From assembly GCA_963837955.1 (NCBI GenBank), contig CAWIPH010000002.1:1248001-1312000 (forward strand): 64,000 bases of DNA, read 5' to 3'. Position numbers and translations under genes: made by a program. The notes beneath the pieces were generated by a model. That model searched no databases. It saw only the letters and a program-made list of their open reading frames with translations, and was not told where the DNA came from. This DNA is from an uncultured Verrucomicrobiae bacterium (lineage in GTDB: Bacteria > Verrucomicrobiota > Verrucomicrobiia > Chthoniobacterales > JAFAMB01). Every line of letters starts with the position of its first letter. Positions within the stretch are counted from its first letter, which is position 1. Shown here piece after piece: positions 1-9,026 of the stretch.

Positions 1-11
1 GAAGAGAGATT

Positions 12-1127
12 TTGCGAATCTTGGTTGGGCATTCGCTGTATTGGGGTTGCCAAATCGCCTGTTGGCTGGGCCTGTGGATCCTTTTCTTTTTGATCTTCAT
101 TTCCGGATTAGCTCGCCAGCCGCCCACGGCGCTCCTGGTCGAACAAACGCTCTATTGCGCATTTGGATTGATTGGGACCCATTTGCTACGGATTCTCTTT
201 TACTGGTTTGACTGGAATCGGCTTCCGCTTCTCGCGTTGATCCCGCGCGTGTTGGTTGCGACGATCTTGCTCGGCATCGTCGAGGTGTGGGCTATTCACC
301 AAGTCGTGTTTGCTTCCATGCCGCCTCGACCGGTTTATCATAGCATGTACCATCTGCCTCACGGCCCATACCATGAGCCGGATGGCGAGGAAGGTCACTC
401 CTTCCCGCGCTTTGCGTGGTTCGAATTTAGCAAATGTGCGCTTACCCTGTTTGCCTGGTCCGCTGTCTACTTTGGGTACCAATACCAAAAGCAATTGAAG
501 GCGGTTCAGCTGGAAAGTCTGCGATTGGACGCGGCCGTTAAGGAAGCAGAATTGAAGGCGCTGCGAAGCCAAGTCAATCCGCACTTCCTTTTCAATAGTC
601 TAAATACTATTCGCGCTCTCATTGATGAAAGTCCGAAAAAAGCCCGCGAGGGCGTCACTCGTTTGGCAGAGCTGTTTCGGGGAGCTCTGCGAATGTCGGA
701 GTTGAATACGATTCCGCTCCGGGTGGAGCTTCAGACTGTGGACGCGTATCTGGCTCTCGAGCAGCTTCGGTTTGAGGACAAACTAAAAGTGCGGATGGAT
801 ATCGATGCCTTGACGCTTGCTTTTCCCGTGCCTCCATTTCTGGTGCAATCTCTGATTGAAAACGCGTTTAAGCACGGGGTTTATACCCTTCAACAAGGCG
901 GAGAAATCTCGTGCGTGATTCGTTCGCAATCCGGTGGGTTATCCATCGCAATCACTAACCCGGGGCACCTTACACCTTTCGAGCAGCGCAAAGAGAGCGG
1001 ATTAGCTAACGCTCGGGCTCGTCTCGAGTTGATCTATGGCTCTCAGGCTAGCCTTCGACTTTATCAGGACGCCACCGATAGCATCGTTACCAGTGTATTC
1101 TTGCCCGGCCCGGGGGGGAAGTCATGA
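12..1127 (+). CDS. LytS/YehU-family membrane sensor histidine kinase
   Basis: N-terminal TM helices, ELKALRSQVNPHFLFNSLNTI H-box, PPFLVQSLIENAFKHG N-box, SGLANARARL; TTG start near window edge so start uncertain. Confidence 0.92.
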   Translation: MRILVGHSLYWGCQIACWLGLWILFFLIFISGLARQPPTALLVEQTLYCAFGLIGTHLLRILFYWFDWNRLPLLALIPRVLVATILLGIVEVWAIHQVVFASMPPRPVYHSMYHLPHGPYHEPDGEEGHSFPRFAWFEFSKCALTLFAWSAVYFGYQYQKQLKAVQLESLRLDAAVKEAELKALRSQVNPHFLFNSLNTIRALIDESPKKAREGVTRLAELFRGALRMSELNTIPLRVELQTVDAYLALEQLRFEDKLKVRMDIDALTLAFPVPPFLVQSLIENAFKHGVYTLQQGGEISCVIRSQSGGLSIAITNPGHLTPFEQRKESGLANARARLELIYGSQASLRLYQDATDSIVTSVFLPGPGGKS

Positions 1128-1834
1128 AAGCATTGATCATTGACGATGAACGGCTAGCGCGCAGTGAAGTCCGCCGCCTACTCTCGGAATTCCCCTGGGT
1201 CTCGATCGTCGGCGAAGCCGAGAACGCAGATGAGGCGCTGATTAAGATCAATGAGTTACGGCCCGATCTGCTCTTTCTAGATGTTCAGATGCCGGGGAAG
1301 AGTGGCTTCGATCTTTTGGAAAGCATCCAGGGCGATCTCCCACACGTGATCTTTACCACGGCGTACGACGAATTTGCCTTGCGCGCGTTCGAAGTGAACG
1401 CGTTGGATTATCTGGTCAAGCCGATTACACCGGAACGGCTGGCCCTCGCCTTGGGCCGCATCCGCGACGCCGGACCGCAGACGGTCAGTGATACTCCGTT
1501 GCGAGTTTCCGATCATGTCCTAGTACGGGATGGAGCCCGTTGTTGGTTCGTCGCGCTGAGTCGCATCCGGTTGCTGGAATCGGATGGAAACTACACCCGG
1601 GTCTATTTCGATTCCGCGAAACCGCTTATTTACCGTTCATTGACTACCCTCGAGCAACGACTGCCATCTGAGGCCTTCTTCCGAATCAATCGCCAGCAGA
1701 TCGTGAATCTCGATTTCATTGAGAATATTGAATCCTGGTTCAGCGGCGGCCTGAAGATCTGGCTGCGCGGCGGAGAAGAGTGCGAGGTATCTAGGCGTGC
1801 CGCTCGTACTTTCCGGCAAAAGCTTAGTTTATAG
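1124..1834 (+). CDS. LytTR-family response regulator
   Basis: Receiver domain (IIDDE, LFLDVQMPG, DYLVKP) plus C-terminal LytTR (FFRINRQQIVN, EVSRR); ATGA overlap with kinase. Confidence 0.95.
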   Translation: MKALIIDDERLARSEVRRLLSEFPWVSIVGEAENADEALIKINELRPDLLFLDVQMPGKSGFDLLESIQGDLPHVIFTTAYDEFALRAFEVNALDYLVKPITPERLALALGRIRDAGPQTVSDTPLRVSDHVLVRDGARCWFVALSRIRLLESDGNYTRVYFDSAKPLIYRSLTTLEQRLPSEAFFRINRQQIVNLDFIENIESWFSGGLKIWLRGGEECEVSRRAARTFRQKLSL

Positions 1835-1963
1835 GGGAGGATGCCCCTGCGGGACGCGATCCCCGTCCGGATCGATTCGCTTTTTTGCCTTCGATCCTCT
1901 CCCTGGAGCCATTCATCATAAATCGGGGTACCAAAACCAACAAAATCACTAAAAAATTGTCAC

Positions 1964-2440
1964 ATGAAGAAATCGAATGCTTGGTTGGCGATACTCTTTC
2001 TAAGTTTAGCCCCTTTCACTGTTGCTTCGGCGCAGTGGCATGGTTGCGGCGAGGGCAGTTTTCTTGGCGGTTTTGGTCGAGAGACTCTGGAGGATTTAGA
2101 TCTTTCCGAGACACAACGGCAACAGGTTCACCAAATTTTCCAGTCTAACCACGACGCGTTTCGAACCGCAATGAAAGGGGTCTTAGAGGCGCACCGAGAC
2201 CTGAACACCGCGATGCAAGCCAATGCGCCGGATGAAGCCACAATTCGCGCCCGAACTACCCAGCTCGGCAACGCAATGGCTAATCTCGCTGTTCTAAAGG
2301 CGCAGATGCGTACGAAAATTGTAGCGCTTCTCGATGCTTCTCAGCAGCAAAAATTAGCTCAGACTGAACAAGATCAAGCGCGGCGGACTCAAAAGATGAT
2401 TGATCGCATGAGCCAGCCAGGTGAGCCCGGCGGGGAGTAG
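1964..2440 (+). CDS. Spy/CpxP-family periplasmic chaperone
   Basis: Signal peptide; LTxxQ-like motifs LDLSETQRQQ and LDASQQQKL. Confidence 0.85.
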   Translation: MKKSNAWLAILFLSLAPFTVASAQWHGCGEGSFLGGFGRETLEDLDLSETQRQQVHQIFQSNHDAFRTAMKGVLEAHRDLNTAMQANAPDEATIRARTTQLGNAMANLAVLKAQMRTKIVALLDASQQQKLAQTEQDQARRTQKMIDRMSQPGEPGGE

Positions 2441-2488
2441 ATGTCAGCGGTTCGCGGTTTCAATGCCCGCACGCGCAAATTCGATGGA

Positions 2489-2518
2489 ACCCGGCTTCGG
2501 TTGGCCGGGTCTTCTTCT
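2489..2518 (+). terminator. Possible intrinsic terminator after first spy/cpxP gene
   Basis: ACCCGGC-loop-GCCGGGT followed by CTTCTTCT. Confidence 0.45.
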
Positions 2519-2596
2519 AGATTCTGAATTCCGGGCGGCAGTGCCGGGTAAGTAACGGTGACGGGTTACCTGTTCCCGGAGGTTAAACCCTGCCCA

Positions 2597-2769
2597 GGGA
2601 GGGATCGCAGCCTGTCCGACATAGCTTTTGATGCATCACGCTCAACGACCGTACGCTTCTGCGATGTCGGATCCTCGCGATCCGCGGCGCACGAGGATCC
2701 GACGTCGCGCTCAAGCATTTCTGCGGCAGGCATCAAAAAGGCTATGTCGGACAGGCTGTGCGCCCTCCC
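2597..2769. repeat. REPIN-like long inverted repeat (GGGAGGG...CCCTCCC family)
   Basis: Arms GGGAGGGATCGCAGCCTGTCCGACATAGCTTTTGATGC / GCATCAAAAAGGCTATGTCGGACAGGCTGTGCGCCCTCCC with internal hairpin GTCGGATCCTCG..CGAGGATCCGAC. Confidence 0.8.
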
Positions 2770-2915
2770 GGGGCGAATCGCGAACGGCTAACCGTCAGAG
2801 CAAAGGTCTGCGCAAGATGAACCGTTCGTCGATGCCGGGATCCTTTCGTAACGTCGGTTGACCGCAAATCCTGAAGTTGAATCTGCTCAACCGGTCCATT
2901 CGTCAGTAGCGATGT

Positions 2916-3392
2916 ATGAAATTGAAACTTCTATTGGTTGCGGCCGTCGGTATGCTGGGTTTTAGCTCCCTGCACGCTCAGTCGGCAGACGCCAGCCCTT
3001 CGGCAACGAACGAAGGGCAGAATCACGAACACAAGCATCATCACGCCTTTTGGAAGGCGTTAGATCTTACAGACGCTCAACGTCAACAAGTCCATCAGAT
3101 GGTGGAAGGCGATAAGCCAGCCGCTAAAGGTCTGATGGTAAATCTGTTGAACGCGGAAAAAGCTCTGCACGACGCGATCGCCAAGAATCCGGGCGATGAA
3201 GCAACGATTCGTTCGCTCTCGGCGACGCTCGGTAATGCCAAGACCGAGTTAATTGTTCAACGTGCTAAAGTCCGCTCTCAAGTCGTGGGCATACTCACGC
3301 CAGAACAGAAACAAAAATTGGCGCAATGGGATCAAAAACGAGACGACCGGTTGCAAAAGCGCGTTGATCATTTGAACGGGTCAAACAGTTAA
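2916..3392 (+). CDS. Spy/CpxP-family periplasmic chaperone (second paralog)
   Basis: Signal peptide, HEHKHHH patch, LDLTDAQRQQ and ILTPEQKQKL motifs; shares DEATIR with first paralog. Confidence 0.88.
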   Translation: MKLKLLLVAAVGMLGFSSLHAQSADASPSATNEGQNHEHKHHHAFWKALDLTDAQRQQVHQMVEGDKPAAKGLMVNLLNAEKALHDAIAKNPGDEATIRSLSATLGNAKTELIVQRAKVRSQVVGILTPEQKQKLAQWDQKRDDRLQKRVDHLNGSNS

Positions 3393-3453
3393 TCCGAATT
3401 GCTCGTATTTCTGGGTACGGTCTGATCGATGGGTTGTAGACCGGTAAGAAAAA

Positions 3454-3480
3454 CAGCCGCGCGCTTTGAGCGCGCGGCTG
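3454..3480. terminator. Candidate (bi)directional terminator between convergent spy and kynB
   Basis: 12-bp stem CAGCCGCGCGCT-TTG-AGCGCGCGGCTG with an A-tract on the left (U-tract on the minus strand). Confidence 0.65.
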
Positions 3481-3588
3481 CCTTGCTTTGGAGATCCGGG
3501 GATACTCTTCGGTAAAGCGCGCACTCACCGTGGTGAGTCGGGCGCCTGAGCGTTTGGCGGCCGCACGGTAGCTGCCGGACCCAACGCG

Positions 3589-3711
3589 GGGAGGGATCGC
3601 GTCCCTGCGATCCGTTGTGGCCGGACCCAAGCGCGTTTGTATACCAAGGGTTAAATTGCGTCCCCGAGGTTAGAGATCGTTTTCTCGGCGCGCGGGGACG
3701 CGCGCCCTCCC
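3589..3711. repeat. Second GGGAGGG...CCCTCCC REPIN-like element
   Basis: GGGAGGGATCGCGTCCCTGCGATCCG ... CGCGGGGACGCGCGCCCTCCC; same termini as 2597-2769. Confidence 0.7.
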
Positions 3712-3808
3712 GGCGATAGAGCAGAACAAACCATTCTTACGTTGACGCGTATGGGCGCCTCAGCGGGACAAGCCGGCGCCGCACAGCAAGTCTACGTGCC
3801 CAATCTGT

Positions 3809-4432
3809 TCAAGAGTCTTCCGGAAATAGCACCGCGCGAACCGGCGCTGCGTCGGCGCCGACTAACTTGATCGGGAAAGCAGCTAACTGGTATCTGCCAG
3901 GCCAGACCGCTTCCAGCCAGAGCGATTCCAATATGTAAATTCCAGCTCGGAAGAGCGCATGATGAATGGGAAGATCCTTGCTGTCGAGATGGTCTACCGA
4001 AGGTAAATCTACCCCGACCAGTCGCACGCCGGCCTTGGCAAGCTGATCGATGGTGGCAACCGTCAGCGTTGGTATGTGCTTCGGAAATCTTCCGTGGTTG
4101 GGCCAACCTCCGGTCCGGAAAAGTACCCGGGGAGCTAAATCAATATCGTTGGGAAGAATGATCTCCTCGATTTCTTGAGATTCTATCACCAGCGCTGTTC
4201 CGCAAACGATGTCCAACGGGACCCGATCAATTGTCATTTCAGAATCAGTAAAGTGAATAGGCGCATCCAGATGTGTTCCAAAATGCGTGCTCATGCGAAC
4301 CGATCCGACCGTGATTGCGTCACCATGTTTTCGTGAGACTGGGAAAGCCAGATCGAAAGGCGTGTCTCCGGGCCAGTGCGCTGTAGCCGACCCGGTCGGT
4401 CGGCTGATATCAATTATGTTGCCGGTTCGCAT
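3809..4432 (-). CDS. kynB: Kynurenine formamidase (cyclase family)
   Basis: HFGTHLDAPIHF motif, VGVDLPSVD, ADAAPVRAVL; adjacent to kynureninase. Confidence 0.85.
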   Translation of the reverse strand: MRTGNIIDISRPTGSATAHWPGDTPFDLAFPVSRKHGDAITVGSVRMSTHFGTHLDAPIHFTDSEMTIDRVPLDIVCGTALVIESQEIEEIILPNDIDLAPRVLFRTGGWPNHGRFPKHIPTLTVATIDQLAKAGVRLVGVDLPSVDHLDSKDLPIHHALFRAGIYILESLWLEAVWPGRYQLAAFPIKLVGADAAPVRAVLFPEDS

Positions 4433-4463
4433 GAGAGGTAACGGACGAAATGGAGCCTCCGAA

Positions 4464-4678
4464 GTAATCGGTAATCAGTGATCAGTAATCAGTAATCAGT
4501 AATCAGTAATCAGTAATCAGTAATCGCCAACCGTAACCTAAAACCTAACCCAGCGTTACCGATGTTTCTGACTGCGCCCTGTTTTACCGATCACCGATCA
4601 CTGATCACTGATCACTGATCACTGATCACCGATCACTGATTACTGATCACTGATTACCGATTACTGATTACCGATTAC
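4464..4678. repeat. Inverted pair of heptamer microsatellite arrays
   Basis: 9x GTRATCR (4464-4526) and 13x YGATYAC (4588-4678), reverse complements, 61-bp spacer. Confidence 0.95.
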
Positions 4679-4691
4679 CGGTTCCGCCGCA

Positions 4692-5975
4692 CTAGGTAAT
4701 CAGGTCACCTGAACGGTCACTCAAGCCAGGGGCCAGAGCCTCAGCTTCACGAAGGAATTGGGCGGTTTGCTCCAGCTCGGAAAAAGAATTGTAAAGAGCG
4801 ACTGGAGCGAGACGCAATGTGTCTGGCGGCCTGAAATCACCGATCACGCCAAATCGTTCCCGAAGGAGCTTTGCAATCTGTCGGGCAAGCGGATGCTGCA
4901 AGGCGATATGTCCGCCGCGTTCCTGGGCTGATTTCGGCGTGACGATGCGGAAGCCGCTGCTTCGCTCCTCCAAAGCAGCCACGAGAAACTCGGTGAGCGC
5001 AACTGATACAGATCGAATCCGGCTGATTCCCGCATTTTGAAAAATCTCAAGACTGACTTCCAACGGGACTAAGCTTAGCAAAGACGGCGTACTTATTTGG
5101 AGAGCTCCCGCACTTGCGGCCGGGCGGAAAGTCTGCGCCATCTCGAATTGAGTTGTTTTTTCGTTGCCCCACCAGCCGGCTAATCCTGGGTGGAGGGTGG
5201 GTAGATGCCGGCTTCGGAATAAATAGCCGATCGCGCCCGGTCCGCCGTTTAGATATTTGTAGCTGCAGCCGAAGGCAAGTTCGACGCCATCGCCGGTGAA
5301 ATCATGATCAATCGCTCCGGTAGAATGAGAGCAATCCCAGGCAATACGAATGCCGGCGGTTTTCGCTTTCTGCATAATCGCACGAATCGGAAGTAATTGT
5401 CCGGTTGAGTAGACAACGGTTGGTAATACGGCAAAGGCAACCGCCTCATCGAACGCGTCCAAGATGTCTGCGGGATCCAACAATCCTTGATCCGTGTTTG
5501 GCACCACTCGCAGGGACGTCTTCGGATCTAGTCCACGGAGCCGGAGATGGCTCTCGACAGCGTAACGATCAGAAGGAAACGCGGATGTGTCGATTGCGAT
5601 CACTGATTTGCTGGGACTCGGCTGATAGTAGGTAGCTAAAAGTTGATGCAAATTGACCGTCGTAGAACCGGTAAAGATCACTTCCTCTGGCGCCGCGCCC
5701 AGAAGGGCAGCGAGCGCAGCGGCTAGCCGCTCGGCTAGATCAAACCAACCGCATACGGTCCAGCCTTCGACCGCGTGCTTTTGCCATTCCTGGATGCGCT
5801 GCCCGAGAGCTTCGATGGCTTTGCCAGGCAGAAGGCCAAGCGAATTACCATCCAGGTAGATTTTGTTTTCGGGCCGGCAAAATTCGGAATGAAAGATGGC
5901 GAGGGGATTGGATTGATCCAGCTTGCTCGCCGAAGTCATGGAAGCAAGCTGGGCGAAGGCGGAGGCCATAGGCAA
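4692..5975 (-). CDS. kynU: Kynureninase
   Basis: IYLDGNSLG, WDCSHSTGA, GCSYKYLNGGPG (PLP lysine), DFRPPDTLRLAPVALYN. Confidence 0.95.
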   Translation of the reverse strand: MPMASAFAQLASMTSASKLDQSNPLAIFHSEFCRPENKIYLDGNSLGLLPGKAIEALGQRIQEWQKHAVEGWTVCGWFDLAERLAAALAALLGAAPEEVIFTGSTTVNLHQLLATYYQPSPSKSVIAIDTSAFPSDRYAVESHLRLRGLDPKTSLRVVPNTDQGLLDPADILDAFDEAVAFAVLPTVVYSTGQLLPIRAIMQKAKTAGIRIAWDCSHSTGAIDHDFTGDGVELAFGCSYKYLNGGPGAIGYLFRSRHLPTLHPGLAGWWGNEKTTQFEMAQTFRPAASAGALQISTPSLLSLVPLEVSLEIFQNAGISRIRSVSVALTEFLVAALEERSSGFRIVTPKSAQERGGHIALQHPLARQIAKLLRERFGVIGDFRPPDTLRLAPVALYNSFSELEQTAQFLREAEALAPGLSDRSGDLIT

Positions 5976-6048
5976 ATAAAAAATCGCAGCTGATCAATCA
6001 TCGACATAGCCATTCCTCTTCCCGGAAGGTGACGGTTTTTCTGGCTAC

Positions 6049-6669
6049 TCATTGATTGATCTTCTTCTTGCGTTGGTAATACCGCCTCGCCTTTGCCTGG
6101 CTGCCGCAATCCCCCATCGAGCACCAACGTCGGCTGTGGTTTTTCGTGGTGTCGACAAAGAGCCATCCGCACGTGGCGTCTGCACATTGGCGAACGTGAT
6201 GCACCTTATCCGAAACAAGGAGATCCGCTGCGGACCAAGCAACTGGGGCCAGTAGCCAGTCATTAGTAACTTGCGCGATCTCGCGGGCGCAGGAGAAACC
6301 TTGGCCTTGCAGACGAATTTCCAATCGAATCGGAAATTTCCGAAGCATTTCATTCAAGGCAGCAAGATCGCTCGTGTAGGGCGCCTCTTTTCGCTGCAAC
6401 GCCCCGAATATGCGGAAAAGCGTTTCCCGGAACCGTCGCGCCTCCTCTAGAACCTTCGCGGTCTGGCTAGAATTTGTCTCCGAATAAGCAAGGAGCCCGA
6501 GTGCCTTGCCGTCATCAATGAGGCCTGCCTCCTTGCTCCAGCGAATCAGTTCCGCGTAGCTGGGCAATTTCTCACTCGGATCTTCAGAGGCGTGCGAGCC
6601 CACGGTATTTACGAAGTCTAAGGAGAGTGCACCTGCGATAAACTCGAATGGCTTAAAGTTTTCCGACAT
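6049..6669 (-). CDS. ABATE/CGNR zinc-finger putative regulator
   Basis: LSLDFVNT N-terminus; C-terminal CADATCGWLFVDTTKNHSRRWCSMGDCG. Confidence 0.92.
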   Translation of the reverse strand: MSENFKPFEFIAGALSLDFVNTVGSHASEDPSEKLPSYAELIRWSKEAGLIDDGKALGLLAYSETNSSQTAKVLEEARRFRETLFRIFGALQRKEAPYTSDLAALNEMLRKFPIRLEIRLQGQGFSCAREIAQVTNDWLLAPVAWSAADLLVSDKVHHVRQCADATCGWLFVDTTKNHSRRWCSMGDCGSQAKARRYYQRKKKINQ

Positions 6670-6675
6670 TTCTTT

Positions 6676-6753
6676 ATTACCATCAAAATATCACTTGAAT
6701 GGTAATATACAAGAGCTAGACTATCACCATCAAAAGTTATGTTTGAAGGTAAT
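6676..6753. promoter_or_regulatory. Two 31-bp palindromic operator-like sites in divergent CGNR/VOC region
   Basis: ATTACCATCAA-N-TTGAATGGTAAT (6676-6706) and ATCACCATCAA-N-TTTGAAGGTAAT (6723-6753). Confidence 0.6.
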
Positions 6754-7146
6754 ACAGCCACCCCCAACCCGTTTAGCCATGTTGACCTTCGGGTCCGAAA
6801 ATTCGGTGATGTCATCGAGTTTTATCGCGAGTTCCTCCCAGCCATCGGTTTTACCGAACACTGGGAGGGCGAAGAATGGAGAGGCAATTCAGCTATCGGA
6901 GCCTTTCCTTCAAAACCGTTCTTCAGTTTTACCGAGGATCCAAACCATCAACCAAACGGCACCCGGATCGCCTTCTGGGTGAACTCGTCAGCCGAAGTCG
7001 ATCGTGTGGCCGCGATCATTCAGCGGGCCGGAGCCAAAAACATCGAAGGCCCACTTTTTAACCCCGAGTACAACGAGACCTATTACGCCGTGTTCTTTGA
7101 GGATCCGAGCGGAAATCGCCTTGAAGTCGTCCACCGACAGAAATGA
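6739..7146 (+). CDS. VOC/glyoxalase-family protein
   Basis: FSHVDLRV, RIAFWV..AEVD, YYAVFFEDPSGNRLEV. Confidence 0.9.
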   Translation: MFEGNTATPNPFSHVDLRVRKFGDVIEFYREFLPAIGFTEHWEGEEWRGNSAIGAFPSKPFFSFTEDPNHQPNGTRIAFWVNSSAEVDRVAAIIQRAGAKNIEGPLFNPEYNETYYAVFFEDPSGNRLEVVHRQK

Positions 7147-7153
7147 GGAATGT

Positions 7154-7402
7154 ATGAAAAATGAGTTGAGAAACACAGTGGTGAGTTTAGACCGCCCAGT
7201 TTGGATGATTGCCGGAAACCAAATCTCTTTGGTCCAGCGCCCCGGAATCCTGGCCAGAAAGAGACCTGCAGAGCTGCGCCGGCTGCGCTTAGTGAACCGT
7301 GCCGAGAACGATCTGGCTAGTAGCGTTGCTTATCTAGTCTTAGCGGGTAGCCTGCTCGCTTCGCTGCTAGAGTTCTTCGCTTCGTTGCCTGCTCTTCCTT
7401 GA
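7154..7402 (+). CDS. Small hypothetical protein with C-terminal hydrophobic helix
   Basis: ATG at 7154 just after VOC stop, GAGG upstream; no recognisable family. Confidence 0.4.
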   Translation: MKNELRNTVVSLDRPVWMIAGNQISLVQRPGILARKRPAELRRLRLVNRAENDLASSVAYLVLAGSLLASLLEFFASLPALP

Positions 7403-7574
7403 GCGGGCTCATTCGGCGGGTTGGGAAGAACCATCGAGTCACGAAATATCTAGGGGGGCGAGCTCTATGAGTTTCGGGCGAGCACCCTGGACGTCGGTCT
7501 GGTTACAAATTTTGCGTTCAATTTTCACGCGCGGAACGCTGCGCCGAATACGCGATTGAGCTGACCGCTTCTTT

Positions 7575-9026
7575 TCAACCCCGCAGAAGCTTGGCGATGA
7601 GATCTTCCAGTTGGATTGTAACTATTTTAGAAGAGGTATCGTTGATCGCATAAGGAAGAACGAGGCGGCCGTTATGAATTAACGCGCCGCAGCTGTAGAC
7701 GACATTCGGCACATAGCCTTGCCAGCTCTTTTCGTCGGGTTGCAAAAGTGGTTCGGTGAGTCGCCCGATTACGCGAAAGGGATTCTTCAAGTCCAGTAAG
7801 GCAGCGCCGATGCAGTATTTCCGCAGCGGACCGACTCCATGGGTCACGACCAGCCATCCGGCATCTGTCTCGAGGGGGGAGCCGCAATTGCCCAGCTTCA
7901 CCAGTTCCCAAGGTTGTTCAGGTCGCAACAGGATTTTGGGATCGCTCCAGGAGTGCCGATCATCAGAGAACATCAATAGAATATTTTCGTCGTCTTGCCG
8001 GGAGAGCATTGCGTAGCGTCCGCCGATTCGCCGCGGGAAAAGGGCCATACCTTTATTTTGAACAGCCGGACCATTCAGCGCTCGAATCCGAAAGGAACAG
8101 AAATCGTCGGTCTCGATTAACTGGGGAAGGATTGTGCGTCCGTCATACGCGGTGTAGGTCGCGTAGTAGGTGGCACATTTATCCGGTTCCGTAAATCGTA
8201 CGAATCGGGCATCCTCCAGTCCGTTCCTTTCGTTCGCAGATAGGGGGAAGAGGACACGTTCCGACATCGGCGTGGATCCATGAAAACGAATCTCGTAGTT
8301 TGACTCTGCGAGCCAGTGCACGCATGCCATGGTACGTTGAAATGCTTCCGGGACCTGTTCCTGAATTGGGATAACCTGCGGCAGAGCGTCGTTCAATTCC
8401 GTGAGAGTAAACGGATCGTCGAGCCGCTTCATCATGGACCCCGACCAACCGTTTCCGATTCCCAATTCATTCAGCTTTTCAAAAAAGAGTTTCTTCGGAA
8501 ACCTTGGATTGGATTCAAGCTCCGGAAGGCGTGCAAAAGGGGAGATCTTCTCTAGTTGGATGGAATGATCCGGTCGTATGACGCCGGTACGGAATCCGAG
8601 CGATGAAATATGCCCTTCCCCAACCCCTCGAAGGCTGAGAACAAAACGAAGTTCGTCTTTGGAAAGCCCAGACTGATCCGGGTGCGGTACTATCGACGGA
8701 TTGAAAAGGGCAACGGCTTCAAACGCGTACTCTCCGGTGAAGGCTGCCCCGATCAGCAGGCGCTGAATCTCGGACAAGACTTGTTTGGGTTCAACATGCG
8801 CCTCCAGTTTTTCAAACTGCCGAAGCCACAATTTATCGCTTTCAGGATGCCTGCCGCTAAACTCGGTACGAACGCGAGCAAGCTCCTTTGTCGCTTCCTG
8901 CTCGCTCAGCGCAAGCACGCGATTGATGATGCTGGAGATTTGGCCGGGTCTTATGGGAACGAACGGCCTAATCAAGACGCGACGTGGGTCGGGCTGCAAC
9001 TGAATGCCGGTCGATTCGAGATTCAA
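7575..9026 (-). CDS. Glycoside hydrolase family 130-like protein
   Basis: LFNPSIVPHPDQ, NGLEDARFVRF, NKGMALFPRRI, GYVPNVVYSCG; TTGA overlap with upstream GT. Confidence 0.9.
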   Translation of the reverse strand: MNLESTGIQLQPDPRRVLIRPFVPIRPGQISSIINRVLALSEQEATKELARVRTEFSGRHPESDKLWLRQFEKLEAHVEPKQVLSEIQRLLIGAAFTGEYAFEAVALFNPSIVPHPDQSGLSKDELRFVLSLRGVGEGHISSLGFRTGVIRPDHSIQLEKISPFARLPELESNPRFPKKLFFEKLNELGIGNGWSGSMMKRLDDPFTLTELNDALPQVIPIQEQVPEAFQRTMACVHWLAESNYEIRFHGSTPMSERVLFPLSANERNGLEDARFVRFTEPDKCATYYATYTAYDGRTILPQLIETDDFCSFRIRALNGPAVQNKGMALFPRRIGGRYAMLSRQDDENILLMFSDDRHSWSDPKILLRPEQPWELVKLGNCGSPLETDAGWLVVTHGVGPLRKYCIGAALLDLKNPFRVIGRLTEPLLQPDEKSWQGYVPNVVYSCGALIHNGRLVLPYAINDTSSKIVTIQLEDLIAKLLRG

